This document shows, piece after piece, positions 35,409 through 48,289 of a DNA stretch of 64,000 nt. How positions within the stretch are numbered: position 1 is the stretch's first letter; each line of letters starts with the position of its first letter. Under the pieces are notes generated by a model. It was not told where the DNA came from. It was given only the letters and a program-made list of their open reading frames with translations, and searched no databases. The DNA comes from Entomortierella parvispora E1425. Taxonomy: Eukaryota; Fungi; Mortierellomycota. The stretch lies in assembly GCA_020891255.1 (NCBI GenBank), contig BQFW01000001.1, positions 1,984,001 to 2,048,000 of the forward strand. The letters run 5' to 3'. The position numbers were made by a program, and so were the translations under genes.

Positions 35409-36792
35409 TCTTGCTCGCCCCATTGAGACGCCACCAAAGTAGTGTCTGACCACGTGAGCTCAAGAGGTGGACACGACAGGCACAGCAAGGCTGTTGTTGA
35501 TGCTGCTGTGTTGCTCTTGTCATGTTTCGAAGCTTTCCGTAGAGGGATGTCCAATCTTTGGATATTACTAAGTCGGCTCAAGTGGGTAAAGAGGTCAAGT
35601 TTGCACCTCTACGCTCTGGGTCAATAGATGTCATGAACTGTTCCACCTCTGTCCTTATTCGTGGAGTGTGTGCTCCTTGTTATTTCATTTTTGGCAGTTG
35701 AGAATCAATGGCACCTGCCGCAATCTTTGACGGCAAAGCTGATTTCCTAAGCAAAACATGAAAACATGGAGTCCTCTTCACTAGCTCACTCTTTTTTTTT
35801 GGGTCGACTCTTTGTTTGCGCCACCAGCAGTGAGATGCTCTGTCATCCCGTTGCATTGACCCTAAAAAATCCTGCGCGCTAGTGTTGCAGGAAAGGTGAT
35901 CGAGTGAGAGAACCATATCTTCAAGGAGAGAGAACCACCTCATAGGAAACTGCTTGATTTTGAATGACACCGCGGAGAAACCTTGATGAGAATTGCGGCT
36001 CTCATCAAGAGGCGCGAAAAAGCATGTCCACGCCTCCGAATTGCTTAATTGGCCAGAGGGCTCTGAACACAACGAGGGTTAAAAAGCAATTAGGCTAGGC
36101 TTGGGTCAATTCGTCATACAAAAGAAAAAAAAAAGATACCCGGTGGCAAAATCTGGGCTGGGGGTGAACCTTTCACTTGTCCTTTGGAAATGCAACCAGC
36201 AGACGCGTGGAAGAGTGGATCCAGGCGCTTTGTTGTGGGACTCTGTTGTCACTGCTCTCATGTTGTCCCTTTATTTTCTCCGCTTCTCCCTCCACTGCAG
36301 CGGATGCACTGGGGGTGGGTACATTTGTCCATCCACAACACAGCAGGAGGGGCATCCGTCATCTTGCCAACAGCCCCTTGTCTGGGTCTTTGAAAGGAAA
36401 GCGTCGGCCGCCGCCGCCGCCGCCGCCTTCTGTTTAACCCCATTTGGCTCTCAGACGACAGTGCCTCACTTGCTCTCTCTCCCCTTGACTGACAAAACGA
36501 GCAGTGTGGCCCGCCTGTCAATCTTGTATTCCCCTTCCCCTTCGGAGCACGCTTGCTCGTCTTGTCTATCTCTCCTTATAAAACAGACAGGCCTGGATCT
36601 TTTTCACACTTTTGTTTTCTGTTTTCTCTTTCCTCTTTCTTTTTTCCTTCTTGTTCCTTTCCTCCCACGCACATTCTCCCCTCTCTCCCTTTCTTTCCCT
36701 CTCTTCCTTTTTGTTCATCCCTTCTACAGATTCCGTTGTAACGTTTCTGACTCTCCTCGATCCCGATTCTGACAGTTTGAGAACCTCCAACA

Positions 36793-38659
36793 ATGTCTTA
36801 CTTTCGACGCCCTGCAGAGTTCTACAAGCGAACGCGATGGTCTTATCCAGGTAAAGTGACTTCTCGATCTCCTCTGTGTCAATCTCCTTGAAGGTGGTAG
36901 AACATTCTTCACGGTTTGCCGTTGGATTGACAGGAGCAACCAAAAGTAGCGTCCATCAGCACAGCCAGGAACAAACACCAAAAAAAAAGCTGTCGATCTC
37001 GAAACAGGCCACAGGGACTGGGTTGAAAACCCCACAGTAGTTCATTTGAGTTTGTCCACAAGGGCTTCGTTGTCTTTTTTCAGGCTAGGGTCGTGTGTGC
37101 AACCCAATTGCCATCTGCAAGGAAGCGAGTTGCTGACCACAATCAATCACAAACAAACAAAAACAAGGCTCGATAAGAAAAATGGTTCTAACAAACTTGG
37201 GCCCGTTGTTCTTGGCTTCATGATTGTTAGACACCCTCCGTATTCGCGGCTCCGTTATCCCCGCGGTGACGACGGACGTGTTTGTTATTACCACGTTTAG
37301 TGCTGTGGTCATGTCCTTGGAGGCCAGCCATATCTTTGATTTCACGCTAAACATTCCCAGTGTCATCGGTAAGCAGAAACAGAGGAAGACCCCCTTTCTA
37401 AAGAGGACGTCGAGGAGAAGGCGCAGACAGGGCTGTTTTTATCATTTTCTAACGATGGTCACTTCACTTTGTGATTCAGTTCCCGCATTGTCCGTTGTTG
37501 TCGGTTTGATCTTGGCTTTCAGAACCAACACGGCCTATGACCGTTACTGGGAAGGTCGCAAGCTCTGGTCGTCTCTTGATGTTCAGATCCGCAACTTTTC
37601 ACGAATGATCTGGGTGGGTATGAAGGAAACTCAGCATCCTGCTGGCACAGAAACGGAGAGGCGGATCCTTCACAGCCATCTTTTGTTTGGTCGTAGCAGC
37701 AGCTCGTTGCTCAAAGCCAGCAAGAATGGCAAGTCGAGCTCTTCCAACGGCTCCAACAACTCCACCATTACCTACGGTGCCACCCACAAAACCGACAACA
37801 TCTCTACTTCGACCCTGATCGAAGTGGATGGAAGTGACAATACCAACCACCGCCGTGTCCAAACTCAGGAAGATCATGATGATGACTATGAAAAGGTCAT
37901 TGTGATCAAGCTTCTCTTGGCCTATGCCGTCGCTGTGAAGCATCACCTCCGTCAAGAGTTTGGAATCCGCTATTACGATCTTGAGGGACTCCTTCCCGTT
38001 GGATATGAGCCTTGCGCCGCCACTGACAGTGTTGAGATCAAGATGCCTCACGACCATACCCTTGGTGATAGCCAGCGCCATTACTCCCATGAACCCTGGA
38101 CAATTGAGACCGGAAACGACGACGGACAAATGTCATTGCCCTTGGAGATTGCTCACGGTCTCTCACTCTGGGTTATTGGAGAGAACAGGGCTGGAAGAAT
38201 CGAGCCTGCTTTGGTGGGCACCCTTTTGGGCAGCATCAACACCATGGTCGACATCTTCACCAACATGGAGCGTATTGTGTTCACCCCTATTCCTATGGCC
38301 TACGCCATTCATTTGCGTCAGGTCGTTTACCTCTACTGCTTGGCCCTGCCCTTCACGTTCTTGGAGGCCTTGGGTTGGTTGACCGTCCCCTTAATGTGCC
38401 TGGTTTCCTTCACCTTGTTTGGTATGGAGGCCATTGCTACCGAGATTCAGAACCCATTCGGCAAGGACGAAAATGATCTGCATATGGTAGGTGTTTTTTT
38501 GGTGTGGTGATTGATGTCATATCCATTTTTTAGCCTGCGTATGAATCCATTGACTTACGTTTTGCTTTTGCTCTATAGGACGAGTTCTGCCAGGATCTCA
38601 AGAGGGAGCTTGACTACACTGTTAACCTCAAGAACACTGTCCCAGGAGCCCATGCTTAA
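36793..38659 (+). CDS. Bestrophin (UPF0187/RFP-TM) family anion channel; multi-exon
   Basis: LSVVVGLILAFRTNTAYDRYWEGRKLW; ERIVFTPIPMAYAIHL; EAIATEIQNPFGKDENDL. Exon 1 encodes MSYFRRPAEFYKRTRWSYP. Confidence 0.9.
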
Positions 38660-38925
38660 AAAGAGAGAAGAGATCTCTCTCCACAATCTGGCGTGCTGCC
38701 TTGAACATCCAATTCATACCCTGAACTCCTTATGACCCAAAAATATCCAGCATCTGTCAATAAAAAAAAACAAACAGTAGCATTGTAGCATTCAAACTTT
38801 GATAATGAACAAGAAGTGCCCGTATACTCACTTTTGCTTCTCTATCCTACTCAGGTCATCTGCAGAGTTCTTGACCAAAAAAAAAAAAAAAAAAAAAATC
38901 TATTTATTTGTACTGGAAAGGCCAA

Positions 38926-40858
38926 TTATTTAGATAGAGTCGTGGCCCAGCGATCAAAAGTTCTTGCGTTTGGTGAACGGGAGGAGTTGGGACTAGAGGC
39001 AAATCGGGTAGAGTTCGAGCTGGGGGAAGATCGGGAAGAGTTCAAGCTGGAGGAAGATCGGAAAGAGTTCGAACTGGAGGAAGATCGGGAATAGTTCGAA
39101 CTGGGGGCAAATCGTGGTTTCTCTGGCTGCTCCGTGGATCGCGTCGGTGCCTTTTTTGATGCATCATACTTCGCCAAGATCTCATCCAGATCGACCTTGA
39201 TAGTTTTGGCTTCCTCCAGTCTTCTCTCTAGCTTGCCCTTCTCCATCTCGCCATCTTCAGAGGCCAAAACACTCGTGTAGATTTTGACCGCCTGTTCTGC
39301 GACATCCACATTAGCTCTTGGATAGTAGTTTCCTTTGACAACCCTGGTCCAGTGAGTATCCTCCAGAATACGGAATCCTTCCTTCAGATGCTTGGTCTTG
39401 ACAGCACACTTCAATACGGATGCGAGTGTCCATGCGTCCTGTTTGGTCACGACAGTGTGAGCTAATCCAGGACGGGGGGCGCCAGCTTTTTTGTTGACGC
39501 GAATTAGCCGCTGTTGCTCCGTATACATCTCCATCGCCTTGGGCCAGTTTCTGTCCTTGAGTGCCGCGTCCAGACCTTGCTTCAGGGTTGCAGGACTATG
39601 GCGAAGGTTATTTTCCGTAACCTTGTCCCATGTGGCGATCGCTGCTTCATAATTCTTGGAGGCGACCTGAAAGTGCATTACTGACGAAAGAAGCTGAGAA
39701 TCTGGTTTAAAATCCGGGTAGACGGTCTGGATATGGTCCAAGTATTGTTGAGCCCTGCTGAAATCTCGAAGTTTTAAGCAGAGTGACAACAGCAGCTCCA
39801 CAGTGCGGCACTGGATTACATCTCTCCGAAGGGCGGCGCCTAATCCAAAGCCTTTGCTGGGTGACAGAGCCCTCTCAGCTGCGGACATTGTTGCAGTCGA
39901 GTCTTTTGATTCCTTTGTTCCCAATCCTGATGCAGACGCAGTGGTGGAGGGCAACTCAAGCCCGTAAAGAGATTCGACCAATTTGTAACCACGTTTGATC
40001 AACGTCAGAGCTGTAGCCTGTCGACAGGCTAAAAGCACAGCATCGACCAATCTAGGGTCCAAGTCCAGTTCATCCGGCCGCTTTGTCCTTGCCTCCAAAA
40101 AGTCTTCCCAGGTCTTCCATGCAAGGTCAAATCCAGTATTGCCTCCCTTTCTGGCATATGCGTTGATCAAGATGTTATATGTGACGACATCGGGGGCTCG
40201 GGGTCCTGACTTTGGCATGGTATCGTAGATTTCCTTCATGGCTTCGAGATCTTCTGCACGACTACAGACCTTGAGGAAGGCGTTGGTATGGACAAGTTCA
40301 GGTTCGTTATCCTCGGATTCCTGCATCTGGGTATAAAGTTCTTTGGCTCTGGCGACGGTGTTGGGCGAATCCGAGTTGATGGCCAGGGCATTCAGGAGGA
40401 TGGTGAAGGTCCGGGCATTCGGTTCGATCCCTCTTTTCTTCATCTAGAAAATAAAAGCAACAGGGGGGGGGAAGTAAGTAAAGGAAGACTAGGCTGATCT
40501 GAGGATATGTCGAGCTGATCTGTTTTAACGTACATCATTCAAAAGTTGCCATGATTGACTGGCCTTGCCAAGTTTTGCGGATTCTTGAATGAGATGGTTC
40601 CAAACAACTTCGTTCTGGCGAGTCTTTGGGGCCTCGAGAACCAAGGCGATGGCATCATCCAGCTTTCCATTCCTTGCAAACTTGACGACCTTCTCAGAGA
40701 GCAGATAGGGATCTTTGGGCAGGGTGATCTTCTTGTTCAAAGACTTCTTCTCGATCGATGCGGCAGCAGCCAGTGAAGACTGCGAAAAGTTGGCCCGGGA
40801 AGCGACAGAGGCCAAACGCAGCTGGCGCAGGCGAAGGCCAAGGGCAAGGGAGGACATG
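38926..40858 (-). CDS. Mitochondrial pentatricopeptide repeat (PPR) protein; 2 exons
   Basis: Presequence MSSLALGLRLRQLRLAS; PPR-like motifs VVWNHLIQESAKLGK, MKKRGIEPNARTFTILLNALA, PDVVTYNILINAYARKG. Confidence 0.88.
38984..39118 (-). repeat. Five-copy 27-bp coding tandem repeat in the PPR C-terminal tail
   Basis: Plus-strand unit about GAGTTCGAACTGGAGGAAGATCGGGAA, encoding Ser-rich 9-aa units (RSSSSSNS-like). Confidence 0.85.
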
Positions 40859-41077
40859 AGGGGAATGGGAGGAATGAGGGGAATGAAAGGAATGCAAGTG
40901 CGTGAACAGAGAGAGAGAGAGGGCAACGAAAGGAAGACCCAAAAAGGGAACAAAGTCAACAGGCGAGGCAAGTGGCTTTGCACGCGGGAGTGGGCGAGAC
41001 AAAGACTGCACACACAAAAAATGCACACTCCGCCCGAGTGTGCAGTTCCTCGGACACAACCCACCCCTGTTTTGTCT

Positions 41078-41122
41078 GCCTGTCTGTCTGTCTGTCTGTC
41101 GGTCTGTCTGTCGGTCTGTCTC
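41078..41122. repeat. (GTCT)n microsatellite in the PPR/COX10 divergent intergenic region
   Basis: tgtctgcctgtctgtctgtctgtctgtcggtctgtctgtcggtctgtct. Confidence 0.8.
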
Positions 41123-41300
41123 TGGGACGTGTCTGCTCTTTCCTTCATTTCATTGCATTCGCTCATCCACTCATTCACTCTTTTCATTCCTCCCTCCCTT
41201 CTCGTCTCTCTCCGCCGAACGCCGTCAATCAAGGACTCCAACTCGCCTTTTTCAACCGACAACATATACCAGTGCGCGAGCCCCTCTGTTCTTGTGCGCC

Positions 41301-42719
41301 ATGCAGTCCGTCTCTCAGATCTCCTCCGGAGCACCGAGGCTGATCAGATCCGGATACAATTCATTTCAAGCGCGCATGCATTCAACCGCATGGTCCCATA
41401 GCCTAAACCGTTTGAACCAACGGTCGTCTCTTTCCTTCCTTCACGCATCCTCCTCCCGATCCACAGCCTCACTCAAAGGACCTCGGATCATTTTTACTCG
41501 GGCCTCGTTCTCGTCCAACAATACACGCTCTGCAGCGGCTGCAGCGGCCGGATCCGGATCCGGAACCGTTCCTGGAGATGTCACTGCCAAAGAGGATACA
41601 CCGGATGACACAGGATTCTTTACCAGCCGGGCCTATGCCCCTGCTGGATATCAAGACTATGACATTCGCTGGAAGGAAGTCAAAAAGCCAACACTAGCAG
41701 GATTGATTCCGATCTATCTCGACCTCTCCAAAGCTCGCCTCGGAGCCCTGGTTACTCTGACAACAATGTGTGGATACGCCATGACGACAGCTTCGACAAG
41801 TTTGACCACCTTGTTATCTCTCACAGCAGGAACTGCACTCTGCATTACATCCGCCAACGCCTATAATCAGTTTGTGGAGCCACCTTACGACGCACAAATG
41901 TCCCGGACACGGAACAGGATTTTGGTCCGCAAGGCTGTGTCGCCCCTGCACGCCTGGTCTTTTGCCACAGTAACAGGACTCAGTGGTACGGCTCTCTTGG
42001 CCGTGGCAGTGAACCCATTGACGGCAGTCCTCGGAGCAGCCAATTTGGTCTTGTACTCCGCAGTGTACACGCCCATGAAACGCATGTCTATTGCCAACAC
42101 CTGGGTCGGCGCCATTGTCGGAGCTATTCCCCCAATGATGGGTTGGGCCGCTTGCACAAACTCCTTGGATCCCGAGGCTTGGTTGTTGGGCTTCTTCCTC
42201 TACGCCTGGCAGTTTCCTCATTTCAACTCCCTTGCTTGGAACCTTCGTGCTGATTACTCCAAGGCAGGATACCGTATGATGGCCGTGACGGATCCCAAGT
42301 TGAATGCCCGTGTCAGTCTTCGGTACACACTGGCGTTGTTCCCATGTGTGGCATTGGCTCCCTATCTGGACATGACAACCTGGTGGTTCGCCATTGACGG
42401 CAATATTGTGAACGCAGTGATGTTGGCAGGCGCTGCCAACTTTTGGAGAAAGAGAGACGACAAGAGCGCTCGGCAGTTGTTCTTTGGCAGTTTGATCTAC
42501 CTTCCCGTGGTTTTGGCATTGATGATGTTCCACAAGAAGGGCAAGGATGCGTCTACACCATTGGAGGATGGTGCCCTGGCCTCTGCAGCTGCTGTCAGTG
42601 CCTCAAGCGGCTTACATACTATCGAGGACGATGACGATGAGTACGAATATGTAGATGAAGATGAGGACGACGAAGACGAGACCCACCATACCACTTCCGC
42701 ACAGATCAAGAAGCATTAA
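41301..42719 (+). CDS. COX10: Protoheme IX farnesyltransferase (heme O synthase), intronless
   Basis: LSKARLGALV; SANAYNQFVEPPYDAQMSRTRNRIL; YTPMKRMSIANTWVGAIVGAIPPMMGW; WQFPHFNSL; DYSKAGYRM. Confidence 0.96.
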   Translation: MQSVSQISSGAPRLIRSGYNSFQARMHSTAWSHSLNRLNQRSSLSFLHASSSRSTASLKGPRIIFTRASFSSNNTRSAAAAAAGSGSGTVPGDVTAKEDTPDDTGFFTSRAYAPAGYQDYDIRWKEVKKPTLAGLIPIYLDLSKARLGALVTLTTMCGYAMTTASTSLTTLLSLTAGTALCITSANAYNQFVEPPYDAQMSRTRNRILVRKAVSPLHAWSFATVTGLSGTALLAVAVNPLTAVLGAANLVLYSAVYTPMKRMSIANTWVGAIVGAIPPMMGWAACTNSLDPEAWLLGFFLYAWQFPHFNSLAWNLRADYSKAGYRMMAVTDPKLNARVSLRYTLALFPCVALAPYLDMTTWWFAIDGNIVNAVMLAGAANFWRKRDDKSARQLFFGSLIYLPVVLALMMFHKKGKDASTPLEDGALASAAAVSASSGLHTIEDDDDEYEYVDEDEDDEDETHHTTSAQIKKH

Positions 42720-42987
42720 TAAATTCCTCCAATTTCTCTACTCAAAACACACGCGACCATTCGGACGAAGTTCTGTTTTTGTATCCCGGGAATTCCGGGC
42801 TTCGTTTTAATAATATGTACAGGAGCGTTGGAGACAGTTTTTGTGTTTTTTTTTGCTCTCTTCCTGTATGGCTCTTGAGTTTCTATCCGATCAGTCCGTC
42901 TTTGTTGGTCCATCTCGGCAGACCCACAATGGACAGAAGCAAAAAAAAAAAAAACCACAAATCCTCAGGTAAAAAGGCAAAGGTAAT

Positions 42988-43479
42988 TTATACGCTCTTC
43001 TGGTCATCCAAGGCCGCCATCCGACTCAACTCGATACGGTTCTGTTCAAGTGCCACACGCTCCTCCTTGCGCTTCTTGTCGTAGAACATTCCTCCTCCCA
43101 AAAGTGCTGCGAGGGTGAAGAACTGGAATCCGACACGAGCTCTGAACATGTGCTGGGCAAATTCACGACGGCCGGTCCTGACACCGTAACTGGCTCCAAT
43201 GAATGCTGCAATGGTCAATCCGACTCCTGTTGATCCACGGAAATGGTTGAAACAGTGGTTGTAGCGTGTGCACATATGAGAGAGAGAAAGGATTAGTTTG
43301 GATGTCCAGGCCAAGAGATCAGGGGCCAAGGAGGAAAAGAGTGAAAAGTGGAAATCGAGAGTCGGGTGGGGAATGGACTTGCCTGCGCTGACAACTCTGT
43401 TCTCTACAAAGAGACGCTTGACCTTGTCAAGAGCGGTCTCGGTATCCTCGTCGTAGTAGTATTGATCGTCTGAAGACAT
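42988..43479 (-). CDS. RCF1: HIG1-domain respiratory supercomplex factor (Rcf1-like); exons 43383-43479, 42988-43226
   Basis: DKVKRLFVENRVVSAG|VGLTIAAFIGASY...QHMFRARVGFQFFTLAAL (HIG1 motif). The intron has a GC donor (GCAAGT). Confidence 0.8.
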   Translation of the reverse strand: MSSDDQYYYDEDTETALDKVKRLFVENRVVSAGKSIPHPTLDFHFSLFSSLAPDLLAWTSKLILSLSHMCTRYNHCFNHFRGSTGVGLTIAAFIGASYGVRTGRREFAQHMFRARVGFQFFTLAALLGGGMFYDKKRKEERVALEQNRIELSRMAALDDQKSV

Positions 43480-43775
43480 GGTGAATGGTAGTAAGGTAGG
43501 GTGGAGGGGTGTGTGTGTCCGAGAAGAGCAGGCACTGCGAGCATTGTCGCCCATGATGCCACTTCCGGGACTCGAATGACGCGGTGGCTTGTCTCTGTCC
43601 GCCTTTTGCCTTTCTTGTCCTGCCCTTTCTTTCCTGCTTTCCTGTCCTGTCTGCCCTTGCCACCAACTCTCCTTCGGTGCCTTTGCTTGTTGTTTGTTAT
43701 TGCGTGAACAGGCGCATGCATGTAACCCTACCTCGTCTTTCCTTCCCGTTCTCCATTCGCCATTGTACTTCTCAC

Positions 43776-44936
43776 ATGCCCGCCCAACCATTCTGGAAAC
43801 ATCCCGCCCACAGGATACCTACTTTGGCCCTCTACAAGGCTCTCCTCCAGTCGACATTTTTGCTTCCACAAGCCTGTGTCGCCCAGCCAGGAAAACCTCG
43901 ACGTCCGATCCAAGGCAAGGGTGTAGGCCCTCCAGGATCCGCTGCTCCAATACCACATCTAAACAGGACCTATCTTTTTGCCTATATTCGTGATCGTTTT
44001 CGGTTCAATCGACACTGTACAAGTCCCAGGATCACGGCTGGTTATCTCAAAGAGGCCGAAGATGCACTGCATAAATTACACCGGGCAACGATAGAGGACG
44101 AAGAGGGTCTCCAGATCAGGAGCGAGCTGACAGATATGGTCCAAGGACGGACAGGGCGACTCAAAGAAGTCATTGATCATGTAAAGAAGCCTTATATGTT
44201 GAAAAAGAAGCATCGCACTCAAAAAGAACCCACCCGCTCACTTTTTTTTTTAATGTGTAGCTACATGGGTTGATCGATTGGGATCCAAAAAAGACCACAC
44301 AAAAGGAACGATTCCTTCGACTGAAAAGGGCGCAGGAAGCCGTCTGGGATACGCGTCCACAGTCTTCGATCCGGAAGGACAAGGACATTTGCTATCGGAT
44401 ACCTTTGAACCCATCACTGTTTACCTTTCCGCCCGAACTGGATTATTACCCTCCCTCCAAATACCCCAACCAGTTCAAGAACCAGCGTGGCAAATTCACA
44501 AACTCTGGAGGCGTCTTTTTGACAGAAGTCACGACCTCTGAGGGCTCGCGATTCCCAAGGATCAGAGGTGGCACCCAGCCTGAATGGCTGAGTATGTTGT
44601 TGAAGTCGAGGGTCAAGAGGTCGGTCAAGAGAGTCGATGAGTGGAAAGAATTGGAGGAACTGAAGAGGATGATGATTATCGAGAAGCAATTCCAGCAGCG
44701 TTTGGGTATTCAGGAGGGTGATTATGGTAGGTTGTGAAACGTACCCTCGTCCTTTACCTCACCAGAACAGCTTCACTGATTTTTTTTTAATGTGACTTTT
44801 GTGCCATCTAGTTGAAAAAATAGACGAGCGACTCAAGGAACTCAAGGACAGACATCATGCTGACAAGAGAAGCACCACGAACACAAGGAACAGACTTTCA
44901 GAACCGCATCTTGAAGATAGAGATGACATGTTTTAA
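43776..44936 (+). CDS. LYR-motif (Complex1_LYR-like) mitochondrial protein; 3 exons
   Basis: LALYKALLQ and IRDRFRFNRHCTS...LKEAE LYR-like pattern; C-terminal QPEWLSMLLKSR. Confidence 0.65.
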
Positions 44937-44969
44937 TTAGAGCAATATTTGTAATGAAAAGGCACTTGA

Positions 44970-47900
44970 TTACAACTGCAAAGAGTCGACTACGGACTGA
45001 CAGCGAGTACAGAGAGTGTCCTGGGCAGGCGATACGAGGCTCCAGCAGCGGGGGCACTTGTGCATTGGGGATCGGCGTACAACCAGACGGCAAGATCCAA
45101 CTTTTGGCATCTCGACATCACGAGTAAAGGAGACCGCTTCACCCTCCGTCGCGGTATTGGACGTGTTAGGGGCTACCCTTGTAACAGTGACGGAAGAGGT
45201 GATGAAGAGCTTTGCAAAGTCATCTGCGTAGCTGTCAACAGTGTCAGCCAGAGTGTTCTCCTCTTTGTCGTTCTTTTCCTTGAGCTGGACCTCAACAGTG
45301 GCTTCGGCAGAGGGTCCAATGAGCTTTGCAGCACGGGCTTGCTCCAACAGCTGGTTGACTTCGGAGCGAAGCTGCTTCACTACTAGGAACTCTTCGCGCA
45401 AAGTAACATTGTTCCAAGTCTCAGGCGCATCTAGCCAACCAGCGCGGAAGACGGATGGCTGAGGATCATTGAAGCAATGGCTGTAGTTTTCGTACACTTC
45501 CTCCGCAAAGTGAGGTGCCAATGGAGCAATGCTCTTGTTGAAAGCAGTTAATACCTAAAAGAAGGAAGGAGTGCGTATGATTAGTGATGAGAAGGGCAAA
45601 ACGATCAAGTAAATATGAACTAAATTAGAAAATAGAAGAAAAAAAATACATACATGGAAGAGGACAGTCTGGATGCCACGGCGCTTCTCACTGTTTTCAG
45701 TCTCATTGTAAAGGGTATCTTTGATCACGTCCAAGTAGAATGAGGACAAGGTCGTGCTCGTAAGGAACTGTAGTTGAGTGAAGACTGGAGTCAACAAAAG
45801 AAGAAAGCAGGCAGTCAGCATCGATCGCCATAACGAACCATTCCAAAGTCAACATTATCATCGAATTGGAAGTCTACCTTTGTTGTACGCGAACTCATCG
45901 TAGGCCGCGTTCACACTCTTGCAGAATTGGTATACTTCAGAAAGCATGAATTTGTCTAACCGCGTCAAGTCCTCGTAGGGTACAGCCTGGGACTCATGGA
46001 ACCCATTCAAATTGCCAAGCATGAACCGAGCCGTTGTTCTGAACTTGCGCAAGCCTTCTGCGACTTGCGCCAAGATGGTCTTTCCGATGGCAATGTCCTT
46101 GGTGTACTCGGAGGAGGCTGCCCAGAGTCGGAGGACGTCCAATCCATATGCGGGATCCTTTTGGACGTTCTTGCCTCCATAGATGACTACGGCTGGGTCT
46201 ACAGTGTTGCCGAGCGATTTGCTCTGCTTAAGACCCTTGGCATCGAGCAAGAAACCGTGGGTGATCAATGTTCCGAAAGGCGCTTTGCCAGTCAGAGCCA
46301 CAGAAGTCAGAAGTGAGGACTGGAACCAACCGCGATGCTGATCACTGCCCTCACAATATACATCTGCGACAAATGGCAAATGAGGCCGAGGCATCTTCTC
46401 TTCGATCATGGTCCAGCTCGTACCGCTGTCAAACCAGACATCCATGGTGTCAGTACCACGACGATACGTCTTTCCATTGTTTCTGTACTGAGGTGCCAGC
46501 AATTCCTCCGTGGTCATGCTCCACCAAGCATTAGTGCCATGCTCCTTGACAGTATCCACAATGTGCTGGACGGACTCCTTAGTCAAAAGCGGCTCGTCCG
46601 TGTCAACCTCATACAGGACAGGGATAGGTACGCCCCAAGAGCGTTGACGTGAGATGCACCATTCGCTTCGGGAAAGCACAAAGCCCTCCAGACGGCGTCT
46701 GGCGCCTTCAGGTACAATCTTCACAGTCTCGATCGCCTTAAGGGCGTCCTCCTTGATGGTGCCAACATTCGCAAACCATTGCGAGGTGGCGCGCAAGATG
46801 ATGGGCTTCTTGGTTCTCCAGTCGTAGGGATACTTGTGCACATAGGCTTGTTCCTGGATCAGAGTGCCTTTGGCCTGCAACATCTCCAAGACTTTGGTCG
46901 TACCTTCGCCCTGAACATTCAGGCCCTCCAATTCGGGACCTGCCTCGGCTGTAAAGTCGCCGACATTGTTTACTGGGCAGAAGGCCTCAATGCCCAGGGG
47001 GAAACAGGCCTTGTAGTCGTCCATGCCATGACCGGGGGCTGTGTGAACCAGACCGGATCCAGAGTCCGAGGTGACATAGTCCGCAGTAATGAAGGGTAAT
47101 GACTCTGCAGTCAATGGATGTTGGTACCGAGTGCCCATCAACTCTTGTCCAGTGATCTGTCCAAGAAGTTCCAGGGTTGCAGCGTCGCCATCCTTGGGAG
47201 TGAATCGCTTTTGCATTTCTTCCATTCGCTCTGTTGCTGCGAGGTATACAGTCGAGGCGTCAGATGCTGTGCTGGAGCGGAATAACGTGTAGTTCATTCG
47301 AGGGTGGACAGCTACACATCTGTTGGCTGGTAATGTCCAAGGTGTGGTGGTCCATACTACAGCCTGTAATGATGCACCAGCGGGGGCTACTGCGGCTAAT
47401 GCATTGGCTAAAAGAACAAGACATGGAGGTATTAGAGCCTATTACTTTTGTACGCTTGTATTGACCATGTCGTACATTTGCTCCACTTACAAGGCTGGTC
47501 CAAGTAAAAAGCTACCCACGCAGATCGACTTTTGTGATCGTCCTTGTACTCGAGCTCTGATTCTGCGAGCGCAGTTCTGGACGAAGGAGACCAGTAGACG
47601 GGCTTGTTGGCACGGTAGATCAGACCTTTGCTCATCATCCCATAAAAGACGTTCAATTGACGGGTCTCAAAGTCCTTGTGCATTGTCAAGTATCCATTAT
47701 CCCAATCACCCATGACACCGTAGGAGAAGAATTCGCTGCGCTGGGCGTCTACGGCCGCTTGGGCCGTTGCCTGAGCGACCTCACGGACTTGAGAGGGACT
47801 GAGGTTGGAACGATCAGTGACCTTGAGTTCGGCAAGAGCCTTAAGCTCAATGGGCAACCCGTGACAATCCCAGCCAGGGCGATAACTAAGCAAGATGACA

Positions 47901-48289
47901 AAGCAAAGTATGTGTATGAGTCGCTGAATGAGACGAAGAATCAAAAGCGAGTGCATGCGAGGAATGGATTCTTACTCGACTTTGAAGCCTGCCATGACTT
48001 TCTGGCGGTTGACAAAGTCCTTGAGGAGTTTGTTGAGGGCATGTCCGAGATGGAGATGGCCGTTGGCATAGGGTGGGCCATCGTGGAGGACAAAGAGGTC
48101 TCCTTTGTTGTTCTCGCGTTGCCAAGCATAGAGATCTGTGGTGCAACGGTCGCGGAAGAGATGCTCACGCGCTGCTGCATCGGCGCGAAGAGGAAAATTG
48201 GTAGCTGGGAGCAAGAGAGTAGGGGCGTATTTCTGATCAGGCTTTTCTTTTTGAGCCCTCTTGGGCTTTGTTGCGGTGGACATGGCCAT
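44970..48289 (-). CDS. ISM1: Isoleucyl-tRNA synthetase, bacterial/mitochondrial type; multi-exon
   Basis: FVLHDGPPYANGHLHLGHALNK (HIGH), PGWDCHGLPIE, WTTTP, VHTAPGHG, EWCISRQRSWGVPIP, EGSDQHRGWF, KQSKSLGN (KMSKS-like), C-terminal KCPRCW zinc finger. Confidence 0.93.
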
